A DNA stretch of 33,288 nucleotides from an uncultured Pseudomonadales bacterium (GTDB lineage Bacteria; Patescibacteriota; Microgenomatia; UBA1400; UBA12028), in NCBI GenBank assembly GCA_964638785.1, contig CAZWYZ010000002.1:5022-38309 (forward strand). Direction: 5' to 3'. Position 1 is the stretch's first letter, and each line of letters begins with the position of its first letter. Made by a program: the position numbers and the translations under genes. Positions 12,685-21,316 of the stretch are shown here, one piece after another. The notes beneath the pieces were generated by a model that saw nothing but the letters and a program-made list of their open reading frames with translations, did not search any database and had not been told where the DNA came from.

Positions 12685-13225
12685 GCCAGTCTTTTTTCAG
12701 CATGCTAAAGACCGTGTTGTCAAGAAATTCACCGTTTACCAGCTCAGCCTGTCGAAGTGTCCCTTCTTTCTTAAACCAGAGCCGTCGCGGGATCGCCAGA
12801 CTCTTCTCATTTTCCGGGCAGCAGCGAATCTCAACTCTATTCAGCTCAAGCGTTGTGAAGCAGTAGGTCGTGAGCGCTTTCACCGCATTTGTCATCAGTC
12901 CTTTTCCGACAAAGCGAGTTCCCAGCCAGTATCCAATGCTTGTTTTTTTATGTACACGATTGAGCTCATGCAGTCCAATGCATCCGGCTAGCGAGTCATG
13001 ATACCAAATACCAAGTTCACACCCTTCATTTTTTTCTCGTTCTTCTATTGACCTGCGAATAAAATCCTCAGAGTCAGCGACGGTACTCACTTGTGGAACC
13101 CACGATAACCACTGCTGCAGATGCGCACGATTGCCATCAACGAGTGAAAACAAATCGGCTGCCTCTGTGAGTTGCCAACTGCGTAGTGTGAGTCCATCAC
13201 GAACGGAAATATCAATGCTGTCCAT
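12668..13225 (-). CDS. GNAT acetyltransferase, RimJ/RimL (ribosomal-protein acetyltransferase) type
   Basis: SIGYWLGTRFVGKGLMTNAVKALTTYCF, LNRVEIRCCPENEKSLAIPRRLWFKKEGTLR and the overall length are typical of Acetyltransf_3. Confidence 0.8.
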   Translation of the reverse strand: MDSIDISVRDGLTLRSWQLTEAADLFSLVDGNRAHLQQWLSWVPQVSTVADSEDFIRRSIEEREKNEGCELGIWYHDSLAGCIGLHELNRVHKKTSIGYWLGTRFVGKGLMTNAVKALTTYCFTTLELNRVEIRCCPENEKSLAIPRRLWFKKEGTLRQAELVNGEFLDNTVFSMLKKDWLTSTV

Positions 13226-13231
13226 GACCTG

Positions 13232-13237
13232 AGTATA
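13232..13237 (-). promoter_or_regulatory. -10 hexamer TATACT (minus strand), 6 nt upstream of ATG 13225
   Basis: The minus strand reads TATACT, caggtc, ATG. This is the leaderless layout in a non-cassette gene. Confidence 0.45.
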
Positions 13238-13250
13238 CAGCGCCTCAACG

Positions 13251-14750
13251 CTATTTTTTTAGGGAAAGGTGACGTGCAATCTCACCGACACGTGCAGGAC
13301 CTTCATAGATCATGCCAGTTATCATCTGCACAAGATCTGCACCCAGTTCAATTTTTGTCGCTGCATCCTCTGGAGTAAAGATGCCGCCTGTGCCAATAAT
13401 GGTGAATCGTTGTTTAAAAAGCTTCTTTGTCAGTTTGATATAGGTGTTGGAGCGATGCCACGTTGGCTTCCCACTTAAGTTTCCATGGGATTTTTCCCAT
13501 AGTTCTCGATCAGATGGATGCACGTCAGGGTTCTTTTTATCCTTCGTTAAGTTCCCAAAAATAACTCCTGCTATTGTGTGCCCATCAGCAGTACGCAGGA
13601 GGGCAACCGTTTCTTTCTCGGAGAGATCAATCGGCATCTTCAAATAGATTGGTCTTTTTATTTTCAATGTGTCCACCGCCGTCAATAACGCTTCCAGCTC
13701 TTTTGGAGTCTTGAATGAAAATGGATTAGTTACATTTGGGCAACTGATATTGAGTTCGTAGTAGGCATGTTTGCCTTTACTTTTCTCAAAGAGTCGAAAT
13801 GATTCCATGATGTCAATGATCTGTAGTTTTTGTGATGCAAATAAAGTGTTTGTGCTCCCAATACTAATTCCTGTTGGAATATCGAACTGAAGTGATGCAA
13901 GCTTTGCACACATTTTTGCAGCGCCAACATTCTTAAATCCTTTATTCACCAGTAATGCTTTCGATCGTGGGAACCGACCAAGTCGCGGTGGTGTGTTCCC
14001 ATCGTATGCTTGGTATGTAATCGTTCCAATTGTTTCAAAGCCAAACCCGAGTGAGGAGACAATTCCTGTGAGTGAGCCGGTATAGTCAAAACCAGCCGAC
14101 AGACCAACGCGAGTAGGAAAGGTAATTCCATCAATCGTCACGCCCTTTGCAGGAGATTTTGGGAAAAATGCCAGCGCAGTGAGTCTCTTCGTCAGTCCGA
14201 AACTGCCTAAAAGACTCCCAGTTTGTGTGAGTCGGTTATGCACAAACTCTGCATCAAAAAGGAAAAAGATTGGTTTGATGATCAGAACATACACACTATG
14301 GAAGGTGCGTGTAAACCAGTTGGATCCTGGCATAAGCTCCTTTCTTGACCAACAGAGTGCAAGTGAGGAGACAAAAATGAGGAGGCAACAGAGCGCAGAA
14401 ACAAGGCAATACAAACACCATGCCTGTAATAACACTCCCATCATGAATACCAAGTACAAGGAAAACAAAAAGCCACAGAATGCAACCGCACGCACGAGAT
14501 CTTCATGGTCTTCTTGTAGAAATGCGATTGCCCCAATGATGAGGATGACTGTGTAGTAGAAGATTCCAATCGCTGAGAGTGGAACTGGTCCAATCCGTGA
14601 CAGTGGGCTATTTAATACGGTTCCACAATCAAAGGGAGGGCGACAGGCTGGTTGGTTGCCACGAAGCTCTGTGTATGTGAGATACGACGCATCGACAATA
14701 CCGATGAATGCAACACACACAATGAGGAGCCCAAAGATTTTTTTTCGCAT
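13251..14750 (-). CDS. pyrD: fusion protein: N-terminal VKOR (vitamin K epoxide reductase family) 4-TM domain plus dihydroorotate dehydrogenase (PyrD-like)
   Basis: VKOR hallmarks: loop C-x6-C (ACRPPFDCG), a conserved Ser region, and CLYC (CXXC) at the start of TM4. DHODH hallmarks: LFDAEFVHN, GLSAGFDYTG, PRLGRF, NKGFKNVG, ELNISCPN, GNLSGKP, IIGTGGI and the YEGP tail. Confidence 0.8.
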   Translation of the reverse strand: MRKKIFGLLIVCVAFIGIVDASYLTYTELRGNQPACRPPFDCGTVLNSPLSRIGPVPLSAIGIFYYTVILIIGAIAFLQEDHEDLVRAVAFCGFLFSLYLVFMMGVLLQAWCLYCLVSALCCLLIFVSSLALCWSRKELMPGSNWFTRTFHSVYVLIIKPIFFLFDAEFVHNRLTQTGSLLGSFGLTKRLTALAFFPKSPAKGVTIDGITFPTRVGLSAGFDYTGSLTGIVSSLGFGFETIGTITYQAYDGNTPPRLGRFPRSKALLVNKGFKNVGAAKMCAKLASLQFDIPTGISIGSTNTLFASQKLQIIDIMESFRLFEKSKGKHAYYELNISCPNVTNPFSFKTPKELEALLTAVDTLKIKRPIYLKMPIDLSEKETVALLRTADGHTIAGVIFGNLTKDKKNPDVHPSDRELWEKSHGNLSGKPTWHRSNTYIKLTKKLFKQRFTIIGTGGIFTPEDAATKIELGADLVQMITGMIYEGPARVGEIARHLSLKK

Positions 14751-14776
14751 GAATCAAGATTATACGTTGCTTGTGA

Positions 14777-15466
14777 TTATAGGACTGTGATCTCTCTCAC
14801 ACTCTCTGCTAGGGTCATCAGCTCTGAGACAGAGTGGATGGTAATGTGCTTTTGTTCGACGGAGATGACTCCTTGTCGTTTCAGCAGACTCAGCTCTCGC
14901 GTAATCGTCTCGCGAGATAAACCGGTGCTATCTGCAAGTTGTTGATGGGTGAATGAAATTGAGATCACTGGGGAATTTGCATCAGTCTTTGGAAACCGAG
15001 CCAGAAACGTGAGTATCGTCTGCGCCACGATTGCGGTCGCATCACGTTGCATAAGCTTCTCTGTCTTCACAAGCATTCCATGCAAACCTTTCAGTAGTCG
15101 TTTGGTGATGTCAAAGGAGATGTCTGCATCCGATTTCACCCACTTGATAACGGCATCGACCGGAGCTTTAAATCCTGTGCAATCTTCAAGAGCTATGAAT
15201 GCATATTGATTTGGAATGTCTGTCAGTGAGTCCATGAGAGGAAAGAAGCTACCAGGTTTGTAATAGTTCAAGGTCAACTCTTGCCCTTTGAGAGTTGTCT
15301 TTATTTGTTCCACAACGCCCGTTTCAAGAAAGTAGATAAAGCTGGGTCGCTCATCTGGTCGAATGAGAACACCACCTGGTGCCTCATGAAAAGGAGTGTG
15401 GGTAGAAAAGAATGCACGGATCTTGTGAGACTCGTCACTGTTAGATTCAGAGTGAGTATGTAGCAT
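14777..15466 (-). CDS. Crp/Fnr family transcriptional regulator
   Basis: cNMP-binding-like beta-roll (GGVLIRPDERPSFIYFLETGVV) and a C-terminal HTH (THQQLADSTGLSRETITRELSLLKRQGVI). Start set at MLHTHSE (15466), which has a TATACT 8 nt upstream. Confidence 0.75.
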   Translation of the reverse strand: MLHTHSESNSDESHKIRAFFSTHTPFHEAPGGVLIRPDERPSFIYFLETGVVEQIKTTLKGQELTLNYYKPGSFFPLMDSLTDIPNQYAFIALEDCTGFKAPVDAVIKWVKSDADISFDITKRLLKGLHGMLVKTEKLMQRDATAIVAQTILTFLARFPKTDANSPVISISFTHQQLADSTGLSRETITRELSLLKRQGVISVEQKHITIHSVSELMTLAESVREITVL

Positions 15467-15517
15467 GTCCACATAGTATAGTAGATATATGCAAGTTTTT
15501 CTTGAAAGGGAGTATGT

Positions 15518-16438
15518 ATGAGTGCAAACAAGCGAAGAGTAGGGATTGTTGGCCTGGGGAAAGTAGGTATTACAGCTGCGTATGCAGTGCTCTTGCGACA
15601 CACTGCCGATGAACTTGTCCTCATCTCACGTTCGCAAGAGAAGAGTGAAGGGGAGAAGCTTGACTTGGAACATGGATTGCCATTTTTGGATGCAGTCACC
15701 ATTACTGCCTCGGAAGACTACAAAGCTCTTGAAAACTGTGACGTTGTCGTGGTGACTGCGGGTGCAGCCCAAAAACCAGGACAAAGTCGATTGGATCTTG
15801 TTGAAGAAAATAAGAAAGTGATGGATGAACTGGCAGTGCAGATGAAACCACACGTTCAAAATAGTGTCGTGGTGGTGGTCAGTAACCCTGTCGATGTTCT
15901 TACCTATAGACTTGCGCAGGCACTTGAACTCCCAAAAGGGAGAGTTTTTGGAACGGGGACAATGCTTGATACAGCACGATTTCGATTCCACCTTGCTGAG
16001 TTTTTAAACGTCAATCCGCGTAGTGTCCATGCATACATTTTAGGGGAACATGGGGATAGCTCATTTCCTGCGATGGCATCAGCGACAGTAGGCGGGCAAC
16101 CACTCGAACTGTTTCCGGAGTTTTCTTTTTCACAGGCACAAGACGCGTTCACCAAAGCACGTGATGCTGCAGCGAAAATCATTAGTGCAAAAGGGGCAAC
16201 CTACTATGCAATCGGTGTGGTCATCACAAAGGTAGTCGGAACAATTTTGCAAGATAAAAAATCAGTTCTTCCTGTCTCCATTCCAATTACGGAGTACCAT
16301 GGGCAGTCAAACGTCTCTGTCAGTGTTCCGTGTATCGTGGGGAGAAATGGTGTCGAACAGATTCTCAAAATCGGGCTCTCGCCAGAAGAAAAGCTGGCAT
16401 TCGAGAAATCCTGCTCAGTGATCAGGCAATTCATCTAA
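15518..16438 (+). CDS. ldh: L-lactate dehydrogenase
   Basis: GIVGLGKVG NAD-binding motif, TAGAAQKPGQSRLDL (Gln rather than Arg at the substrate-specificity position favours LDH over MDH), SNPVD, GTMLDTARF and GEHGDS. Confidence 0.85.
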   Translation: MSANKRRVGIVGLGKVGITAAYAVLLRHTADELVLISRSQEKSEGEKLDLEHGLPFLDAVTITASEDYKALENCDVVVVTAGAAQKPGQSRLDLVEENKKVMDELAVQMKPHVQNSVVVVVSNPVDVLTYRLAQALELPKGRVFGTGTMLDTARFRFHLAEFLNVNPRSVHAYILGEHGDSSFPAMASATVGGQPLELFPEFSFSQAQDAFTKARDAAAKIISAKGATYYAIGVVITKVVGTILQDKKSVLPVSIPITEYHGQSNVSVSVPCIVGRNGVEQILKIGLSPEEKLAFEKSCSVIRQFI

Positions 16439-16467
16439 TCAATGCAAAGAAATAAAACCTACTCTGT

Positions 16468-16490
16468 CTCCACTTCCACTTGCAGTGGAG
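16468..16490 (+). terminator. hairpin downstream of ldh (weak terminator candidate)
   Basis: CTCCACT-tccacttgc-AGTGGAG forms a perfect 7-bp stem, but no clear T-tract follows. Confidence 0.3.
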
Positions 16491-16502
16491 TGTTCTGCGC
16501 TG

Positions 16503-16524
16503 TATATTCAGAATATTGAATATA
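16503..16524. promoter_or_regulatory. 8-6-8 palindrome TATATTCA-gaatat-TGAATATA, candidate ArsR/SmtB operator
   Basis: Perfect inverted repeat 17 nt upstream of the ArsR-family gene start, in an AT-rich promoter region. Confidence 0.45.
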
Positions 16525-16540
16525 TAAACCTGCTTGTCGT

Positions 16541-17008
16541 ATGAAAAACATCTTTATCCTTGAATCGCAGATCTATGCCACGCTTGCACATCCAAAGCGA
16601 TTGGAGATATTGCATCTACTTTCCCATGACTCGTTAACAGTCAACGAGATAGTGCAAATGACAGGGGTCGCGCAAGCAAATGTGTCACAACATCTCACAC
16701 TTCTCAAGAAACTCAAACTTGTACATGTAGAAAAGCACGCGCAGTCACGAGTGTACACATTAGCGAGCCCCACAGCAGCCAAGATTTTTGATGCAGCTCG
16801 CTCCGTCTTACTTGAACGCTACGGGGTAAGCGAGCTTGATACGCTGAGTAAACTGCATCTTCACATTGATCCGATCTGTGGAATGGAAGTCACATCGAAG
16901 AGTGCTGCTTCGTCAGTGCTCCATGATCACCATCGGTATTATTTCTGCGGCTTTGGATGCGAAAAACAGTTTAAAAAACAACACCACCACAAGGAGCAGC
17001 ATGTCTAA
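16541..17008 (+). CDS. ArsR/SmtB family metalloregulator with a C-terminal YHS/TRASH metal-binding domain
   Basis: wHTH segment LAHPKRLEILHLL...VNEIVQMTGVAQANVSQHLTLLKKLKLV. C-terminal DPICGMEV...YYFCGFGCEKQF and a His-rich tail HHHKEQH. Confidence 0.8.
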   Translation: MKNIFILESQIYATLAHPKRLEILHLLSHDSLTVNEIVQMTGVAQANVSQHLTLLKKLKLVHVEKHAQSRVYTLASPTAAKIFDAARSVLLERYGVSELDTLSKLHLHIDPICGMEVTSKSAASSVLHDHHRYYFCGFGCEKQFKKQHHHKEQHV

Positions 17009-17348
17009 ATACCTTACATTTTCACTTATTATCGTTGCCTTTGTCATCGGAATTGTCGGTGGATATGGACTATCCGCATACGGTGATCCAGACAGTGATC
17101 GAATGACTCAGGTAACCACTGAATCCAAACTATCGAAATCGAATGCAATGGACGATGAGATGACCTCGTATACCGATCAACGCTATGTAAACGAGATGAT
17201 CATGCATCATGAGGATGCAGTGACGATGTCTGCAAATGTCCTCAAACATACATCACGCAAAGAAGTTCGAACGCTGGCAACAGAGATCGTTGAAACCCAA
17301 ACTGCTGAAATTGTTCAAATGAAACAATGGCTAGAAGAGTGGAAGTAA
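17001..17348 (+). CDS. DUF305 family protein (membrane-anchored, metal-homeostasis associated)
   Basis: AAGGAG SD upstream of ATG 17001, which overlaps the arsR stop. N-terminal TM segment, then DQRYVNEMIMHHEDAVTMS...LATEIVETQTAEIVQMKQWL, typical of DUF305. Confidence 0.7.
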   Translation: MSKYLTFSLIIVAFVIGIVGGYGLSAYGDPDSDRMTQVTTESKLSKSNAMDDEMTSYTDQRYVNEMIMHHEDAVTMSANVLKHTSRKEVRTLATEIVETQTAEIVQMKQWLEEWK

Positions 17349-17353
17349 TAGTT

Positions 17354-19708
17354 ATGCCAACAACCCAGATCCTCCCAGTTACTGGAATGCACTGTACATC
17401 ATGTGCCAATATCATCACCAGAAAGTTGCAAAAACTTCCTGGAGTCAGCACTGTGAGTGTGAATGTTGGGACTGAAAAGGCGACGGTGTGCTACGAACCC
17501 GAACAAGTCAGTATCCAAGCAATGAATACAGAGATCGGAAAGCTTGGCTATAGTCTTGAGGAAAAGATTGAAACACACCCAAGAACAAGTGAACTTAGTA
17601 TGCCTGATGGATCGTCGATGCATGGGAAAAAGCATCATGAAGGAATGGATCATTCAGAACATTTAGGCTTAAACCAGAGTAAAGAAAAAAAACTGCTCGA
17701 ACTTGAAAAACAAAAGAATCTTGTGGAGCTGACACTGCCTATCTCGCTTCTGATGTTCGTCATTACCTTTTGGGATATTGCTGTCTCACTCACTTCCCGA
17801 ATGCCAAAAAACCCAGTTCCAATGCCAGTGTTTAATTTCCTCTTACTTGCCATTTCAGTTCCTATTTTATTTGGACCGAGTGGACGAATTTTTCTCTTGG
17901 GGGTTCTTCGATTCATTCGATACAGGGTGGCCAATATGGACACCTTAGTTGGAATCGGAACACTGTCCGCATTCTTTTATAGTAGTTTTGTCACTCTTTT
18001 TCCTTCTGTTGCCACTCGTTTTGGTTTTCCACTCCATACGTATTTTGATGTTGCAATCGTCATCATCGGTTTCATCCTCTTTGGAAAATATCTGGAAGCA
18101 AAAAGTAAGTTCAAAACTGGAGCAGCCATTGAGAAGCTGCTTGGGCTTCAAGCAAAAATAGCCACCGTGCTTCGCAACAACACAGAAATACAGATACCAA
18201 TTGATCAGCTCGTGGTTGGTGATGTCTTTCTTGTACGTCCTGGCGATAAGGTGGCAGTCGATGGAGTTATCATCGAAGGCCAATCCACAGTGGATGAAGC
18301 GATGGTCACCGGAGAAAGTCTTCCTGTTGAAAAGAAAATCCATGATCTTGTCATTGGTGGAACAATCAACAAGCATGGAGTACTGCATGTTCGTGCAACG
18401 AAAGTTGGTGATGACACCATGCTCGCGCAGATTATTTCCTTGGTCGATCGAGCCCAAGGATCGAAGGCTCCAATTGAAGCGATGGCAGATACAGTTTCGT
18501 CATTTTTTGTGCCTGTCGTTCTCGCTCTTGCTCTGCTCGTGTTTGCAATTTGGATTTTATGTGGATTGATCGGCCTCTTGCCAATGGCACAGGCGTTCAC
18601 ACTGGCTTTTTCATCCATGATCGGTATTTTAATCATAGCGTGCCCCTGTGCACTAGGGCTTGCAACTCCAACAGCAATTATCGTCGGAACAGGGAAAGGC
18701 GCTGCAAAAGGAATTCTTGTCAAAGATGCAGGAAGCTTAGAAACACTGCACAAGGTTGATACTATTGTGTTTGATAAGACTGGAACCCTTACCAAAGGGG
18801 AGCCAGAAGTAACAGATATCGTAGCTATCGATACCAGTAGTGAAACTGAAGTCATTCAAATGGCTGTCAGTTTAGAAAAGAACTCGACACATCCATTAGG
18901 GCAAGCGATTCTCTCGTATGCAGCAAGGAAAAAAATTCAAGCAAGAAAAGTGGAGCGCTTTCAGAGTGTTGAAGGCAAAGGGCTCAAAGCAATTGTTGAT
19001 ACGACAGATGTGTTGATAGGCAACAGTCTTCTGCTTTCGGATGAAGGAGTGTCTCTCTCTCACGATGCTGAATTCTCGCATTTATCGAAGATGGGAAAAA
19101 CAGTCATGTATATTGCAAGGAATGGCAAGATGATTGGTCTTATCGCCATTGCAGATACCGTCAAACCAGAATCAAAGAAAGTCATTGCGCAGTTGCATGC
19201 ACTCAACATTTCTGTCGCGATGATCACCGGTGACCATCAGGATGTTGCCGATAGTATTGCTCGAGAGCTTGGGATCGATACCGTCTATGCGCAGGTACTA
19301 CCAAAAGACAAGGCCAGCAAAGTCGAAAAACTGCAAGCACAAGGGCACACGGTCGCAATGGTCGGTGATGGCATTAATGATGCTCCAGCACTGGCAACCG
19401 CTGATGTCGGTGTAGCAATGGGGACGGGTACAGATGTGGCAATCGAGAGTGCTGACATAACGCTGTTAGCTGGAAACCTGGAAAAGCTTGTGAGTAGTAT
19501 TCGACTGTCGCGACAAACATTTACTGTCATCAAGCAAAATTTGTTTTGGGCTTTTGGATATAATGTGATTGGGATACCGATTGCAGCAGGAATCCTGTAC
19601 CCATTTTTTGGGATAACACTTTCACCGGTATTTGCTGGAGCAGCAATGGCGCTCTCATCGGTCTCTGTCGTCATGAACTCGCTACGCTTACAAAGGATGC
19701 AGCTATGA
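17354..19708 (+). CDS. copA: copper-translocating P1B-type ATPase
   Basis: N-terminal HMA domain GMHCTSCA, TM CPC motif (IIACPCALGLATP), DKTGTLT, HP, GDGINDAP. Start taken at MPTTQ (17354); the tracked ORF starts at 17327. Confidence 0.9.
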   Translation: MPTTQILPVTGMHCTSCANIITRKLQKLPGVSTVSVNVGTEKATVCYEPEQVSIQAMNTEIGKLGYSLEEKIETHPRTSELSMPDGSSMHGKKHHEGMDHSEHLGLNQSKEKKLLELEKQKNLVELTLPISLLMFVITFWDIAVSLTSRMPKNPVPMPVFNFLLLAISVPILFGPSGRIFLLGVLRFIRYRVANMDTLVGIGTLSAFFYSSFVTLFPSVATRFGFPLHTYFDVAIVIIGFILFGKYLEAKSKFKTGAAIEKLLGLQAKIATVLRNNTEIQIPIDQLVVGDVFLVRPGDKVAVDGVIIEGQSTVDEAMVTGESLPVEKKIHDLVIGGTINKHGVLHVRATKVGDDTMLAQIISLVDRAQGSKAPIEAMADTVSSFFVPVVLALALLVFAIWILCGLIGLLPMAQAFTLAFSSMIGILIIACPCALGLATPTAIIVGTGKGAAKGILVKDAGSLETLHKVDTIVFDKTGTLTKGEPEVTDIVAIDTSSETEVIQMAVSLEKNSTHPLGQAILSYAARKKIQARKVERFQSVEGKGLKAIVDTTDVLIGNSLLLSDEGVSLSHDAEFSHLSKMGKTVMYIARNGKMIGLIAIADTVKPESKKVIAQLHALNISVAMITGDHQDVADSIARELGIDTVYAQVLPKDKASKVEKLQAQGHTVAMVGDGINDAPALATADVGVAMGTGTDVAIESADITLLAGNLEKLVSSIRLSRQTFTVIKQNLFWAFGYNVIGIPIAAGILYPFFGITLSPVFAGAAMALSSVSVVMNSLRLQRMQL

Positions 19709-20760
19709 ATCTCTGGTCAATATTTCTCATAGGATTAACAACGGGTGGACTCTCTTGTCTTGCAGTGCAGGGCGGGTTTTTAGCAAGTATCATTGCCAAT
19801 CAAAAAGATAAAGAATTAAAAGACACGAGTGATGAATCGCGTGGTCGTTTATTCGGGACAAAAGAATGGTTACCACTGGTGTCATTCTTGACTGCAAAGT
19901 TGCTTTCCCACACAATCCTCGGGTTCCTGCTTGGAGTGGTTGGATCCACGCTCACGTTAAGTGATGGTGCACGGCTGACATTTCAAGCATTGGCTGCATT
20001 GTTTATGTTTGCAACGGCAATGAATCTCCTGAATGTGCATCCCATCTTTCGATACATTGTTTTTGTCCCGCCAAAATTCATAACGAGAAGAGTACGAGCA
20101 CTGCGAACGAACAGTTCACTCTTCGCACCTTTCCTCTTGGGTTTGTTTACCGTCTTCATTCCATGTGGAGTTACTCAAGCAATGGAAGTGCAGGCAATTG
20201 CGCTTGGAAATCCCATTGGATCTGCGGCACTCATGTTTGCATTTGTCCTCGGGACATTTCCACTGTTTAGTATCTTGGGACTCGCAATGGCGAAATTCTC
20301 AGAAGCACTAACACAGAAGTTTTTGCGATTTGCAGCATTCGCATTGATTGCGATGTCACTGTATAGCATCAATGGTGTATTGGAGGTTCTGAATGCGCCA
20401 GTAACTGCACGCACCATTCAATCGGGATGGATCTCTTTTTGGACGCCTGATACGCAAAAGAAAAAAAATCAACCAGCGATCCCAGTTCGAAACGGTGTCC
20501 AAGAAGTAGTGATCGACATCCAAAACAATGGATACAGTCCGAGCTTTATTCAAGTACAAAAGAATGTACCGGTAAAACTTACGTTGCAGGCAGGCAAAGT
20601 CTATAGTTGTGCAGTCGATTTCCGCTTACAAGCGTTTGGAATAAAACAGTTTATGGAACCAAACACCACAAAAACGTATGAGTTCACCCCAACACAAACA
20701 GGACGATTCTCGTATACCTGTGGTATGGGAATGTATACGGGTGTATTGGAAGTACTCTAA
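19705..20760 (+). CDS. polytopic membrane protein (DsbD_2/TauE-like) fused to a C-terminal cupredoxin-like domain
   Basis: GGLSCLAVQGG and IPCGVTQA Cys motifs lie in TM helices. The C-terminal beta domain ends in YTCGMGMYTGVLEVL. Its ATG overlaps the copA TGA (ATGA). Confidence 0.6.
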   Translation: MNLWSIFLIGLTTGGLSCLAVQGGFLASIIANQKDKELKDTSDESRGRLFGTKEWLPLVSFLTAKLLSHTILGFLLGVVGSTLTLSDGARLTFQALAALFMFATAMNLLNVHPIFRYIVFVPPKFITRRVRALRTNSSLFAPFLLGLFTVFIPCGVTQAMEVQAIALGNPIGSAALMFAFVLGTFPLFSILGLAMAKFSEALTQKFLRFAAFALIAMSLYSINGVLEVLNAPVTARTIQSGWISFWTPDTQKKKNQPAIPVRNGVQEVVIDIQNNGYSPSFIQVQKNVPVKLTLQAGKVYSCAVDFRLQAFGIKQFMEPNTTKTYEFTPTQTGRFSYTCGMGMYTGVLEVL

Positions 20761-20774
20761 AGGAGAAAGTAGCT

Positions 20775-21026
20775 ATGATCAATCCATTCTCAAAACCACA
20801 TGAGTCATCAAAAACCACAACGATTGCAGAGTTTTCAATCTCTGGAATGCACTGTACCAGTTGTGCCCTGAATATCGATGGAGCACTTGAAGATCTCCCA
20901 GGAGTTGTGTCGGCTACAACGAACTATGCACGCTCGAGAACAAAAGTAGAGTTTGATGAAACCAAAGTAACTGCGCAGCTCCTACAACAAACTATTGAAA
21001 AAGAAGGGTACCAAGTCACTCCTTAA
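20775..21026 (+). CDS. copZ: heavy-metal-associated (HMA) copper chaperone
   Basis: GMHCTSCA motif in a ferredoxin-like fold of about 65 aa after a short N-terminal extension. AAGGAG SD upstream. Confidence 0.8.
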   Translation: MINPFSKPHESSKTTTIAEFSISGMHCTSCALNIDGALEDLPGVVSATTNYARSRTKVEFDETKVTAQLLQQTIEKEGYQVTP

Positions 21027-21241
21027 TTGTTTTTCTGAAACCGAGGCATGGTGACGCCATCGATAGTCACATCTTCCAAAAACATTGCAAGTGGTCTGAC
21101 CCACATACTCGCCATCTCATTTGGATATAAGCTGACGTAGACCACGAGATCTTCATGCGTTTCACTGTGTTTTGCAACACCAATAACTAGGTACGAATTC
21201 CCTTTATAGTGTGTGTATGTTCCAAGTTCAAGTGTGCGCAT
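21023..21241 (-). CDS. DUF1653 family protein
   Basis: YTHYKGNSYLVIGVAKHSETHEDLVVY...WVRPLAMFLEDV...PRF matches the DUF1653 pattern. Start set at MRTLELG (21241), which has an AAGGAG SD 7 nt upstream. Confidence 0.7.
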   Translation of the reverse strand: MRTLELGTYTHYKGNSYLVIGVAKHSETHEDLVVYVSLYPNEMASMWVRPLAMFLEDVTIDGVTMPRFQKNN

Positions 21242-21316
21242 ACGGAGGCTCCTTTTGTATGAGAATATAGCAGACAAGAGGCGAAAATATGGTAGAGTAA
21301 ATTGTATATGTATTTG

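Noticed and set aside
14777-15601. Long version of the Crp/Fnr ORF, and the 133-aa ORF at 15301..15702, overlapping the ldh start.
   Set aside because: The extension has no homology-like features and would overlap the divergent ldh promoter and start. The internal Met at 15466, with TATACT 8 nt upstream, gives a normal-length regulator.
18205-18855. 216-aa minus-strand ORF, and several other 60-170-aa ORFs, inside copA (17399-19674).
   Set aside because: They lie antisense or off-frame within a gene that has unambiguous P1B-ATPase motifs. These are typical shadow ORFs of a moderately GC-rich gene.
21023-21026. The 4-nt convergent overlap of the copZ and DUF1653 stop codons (and the 17-nt convergent overlap at 12668-12684) as a regulatory feature.
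   Set aside because: This is common in compact genomes and nothing else unusual is visible. It is noted only as evidence of tight packing.
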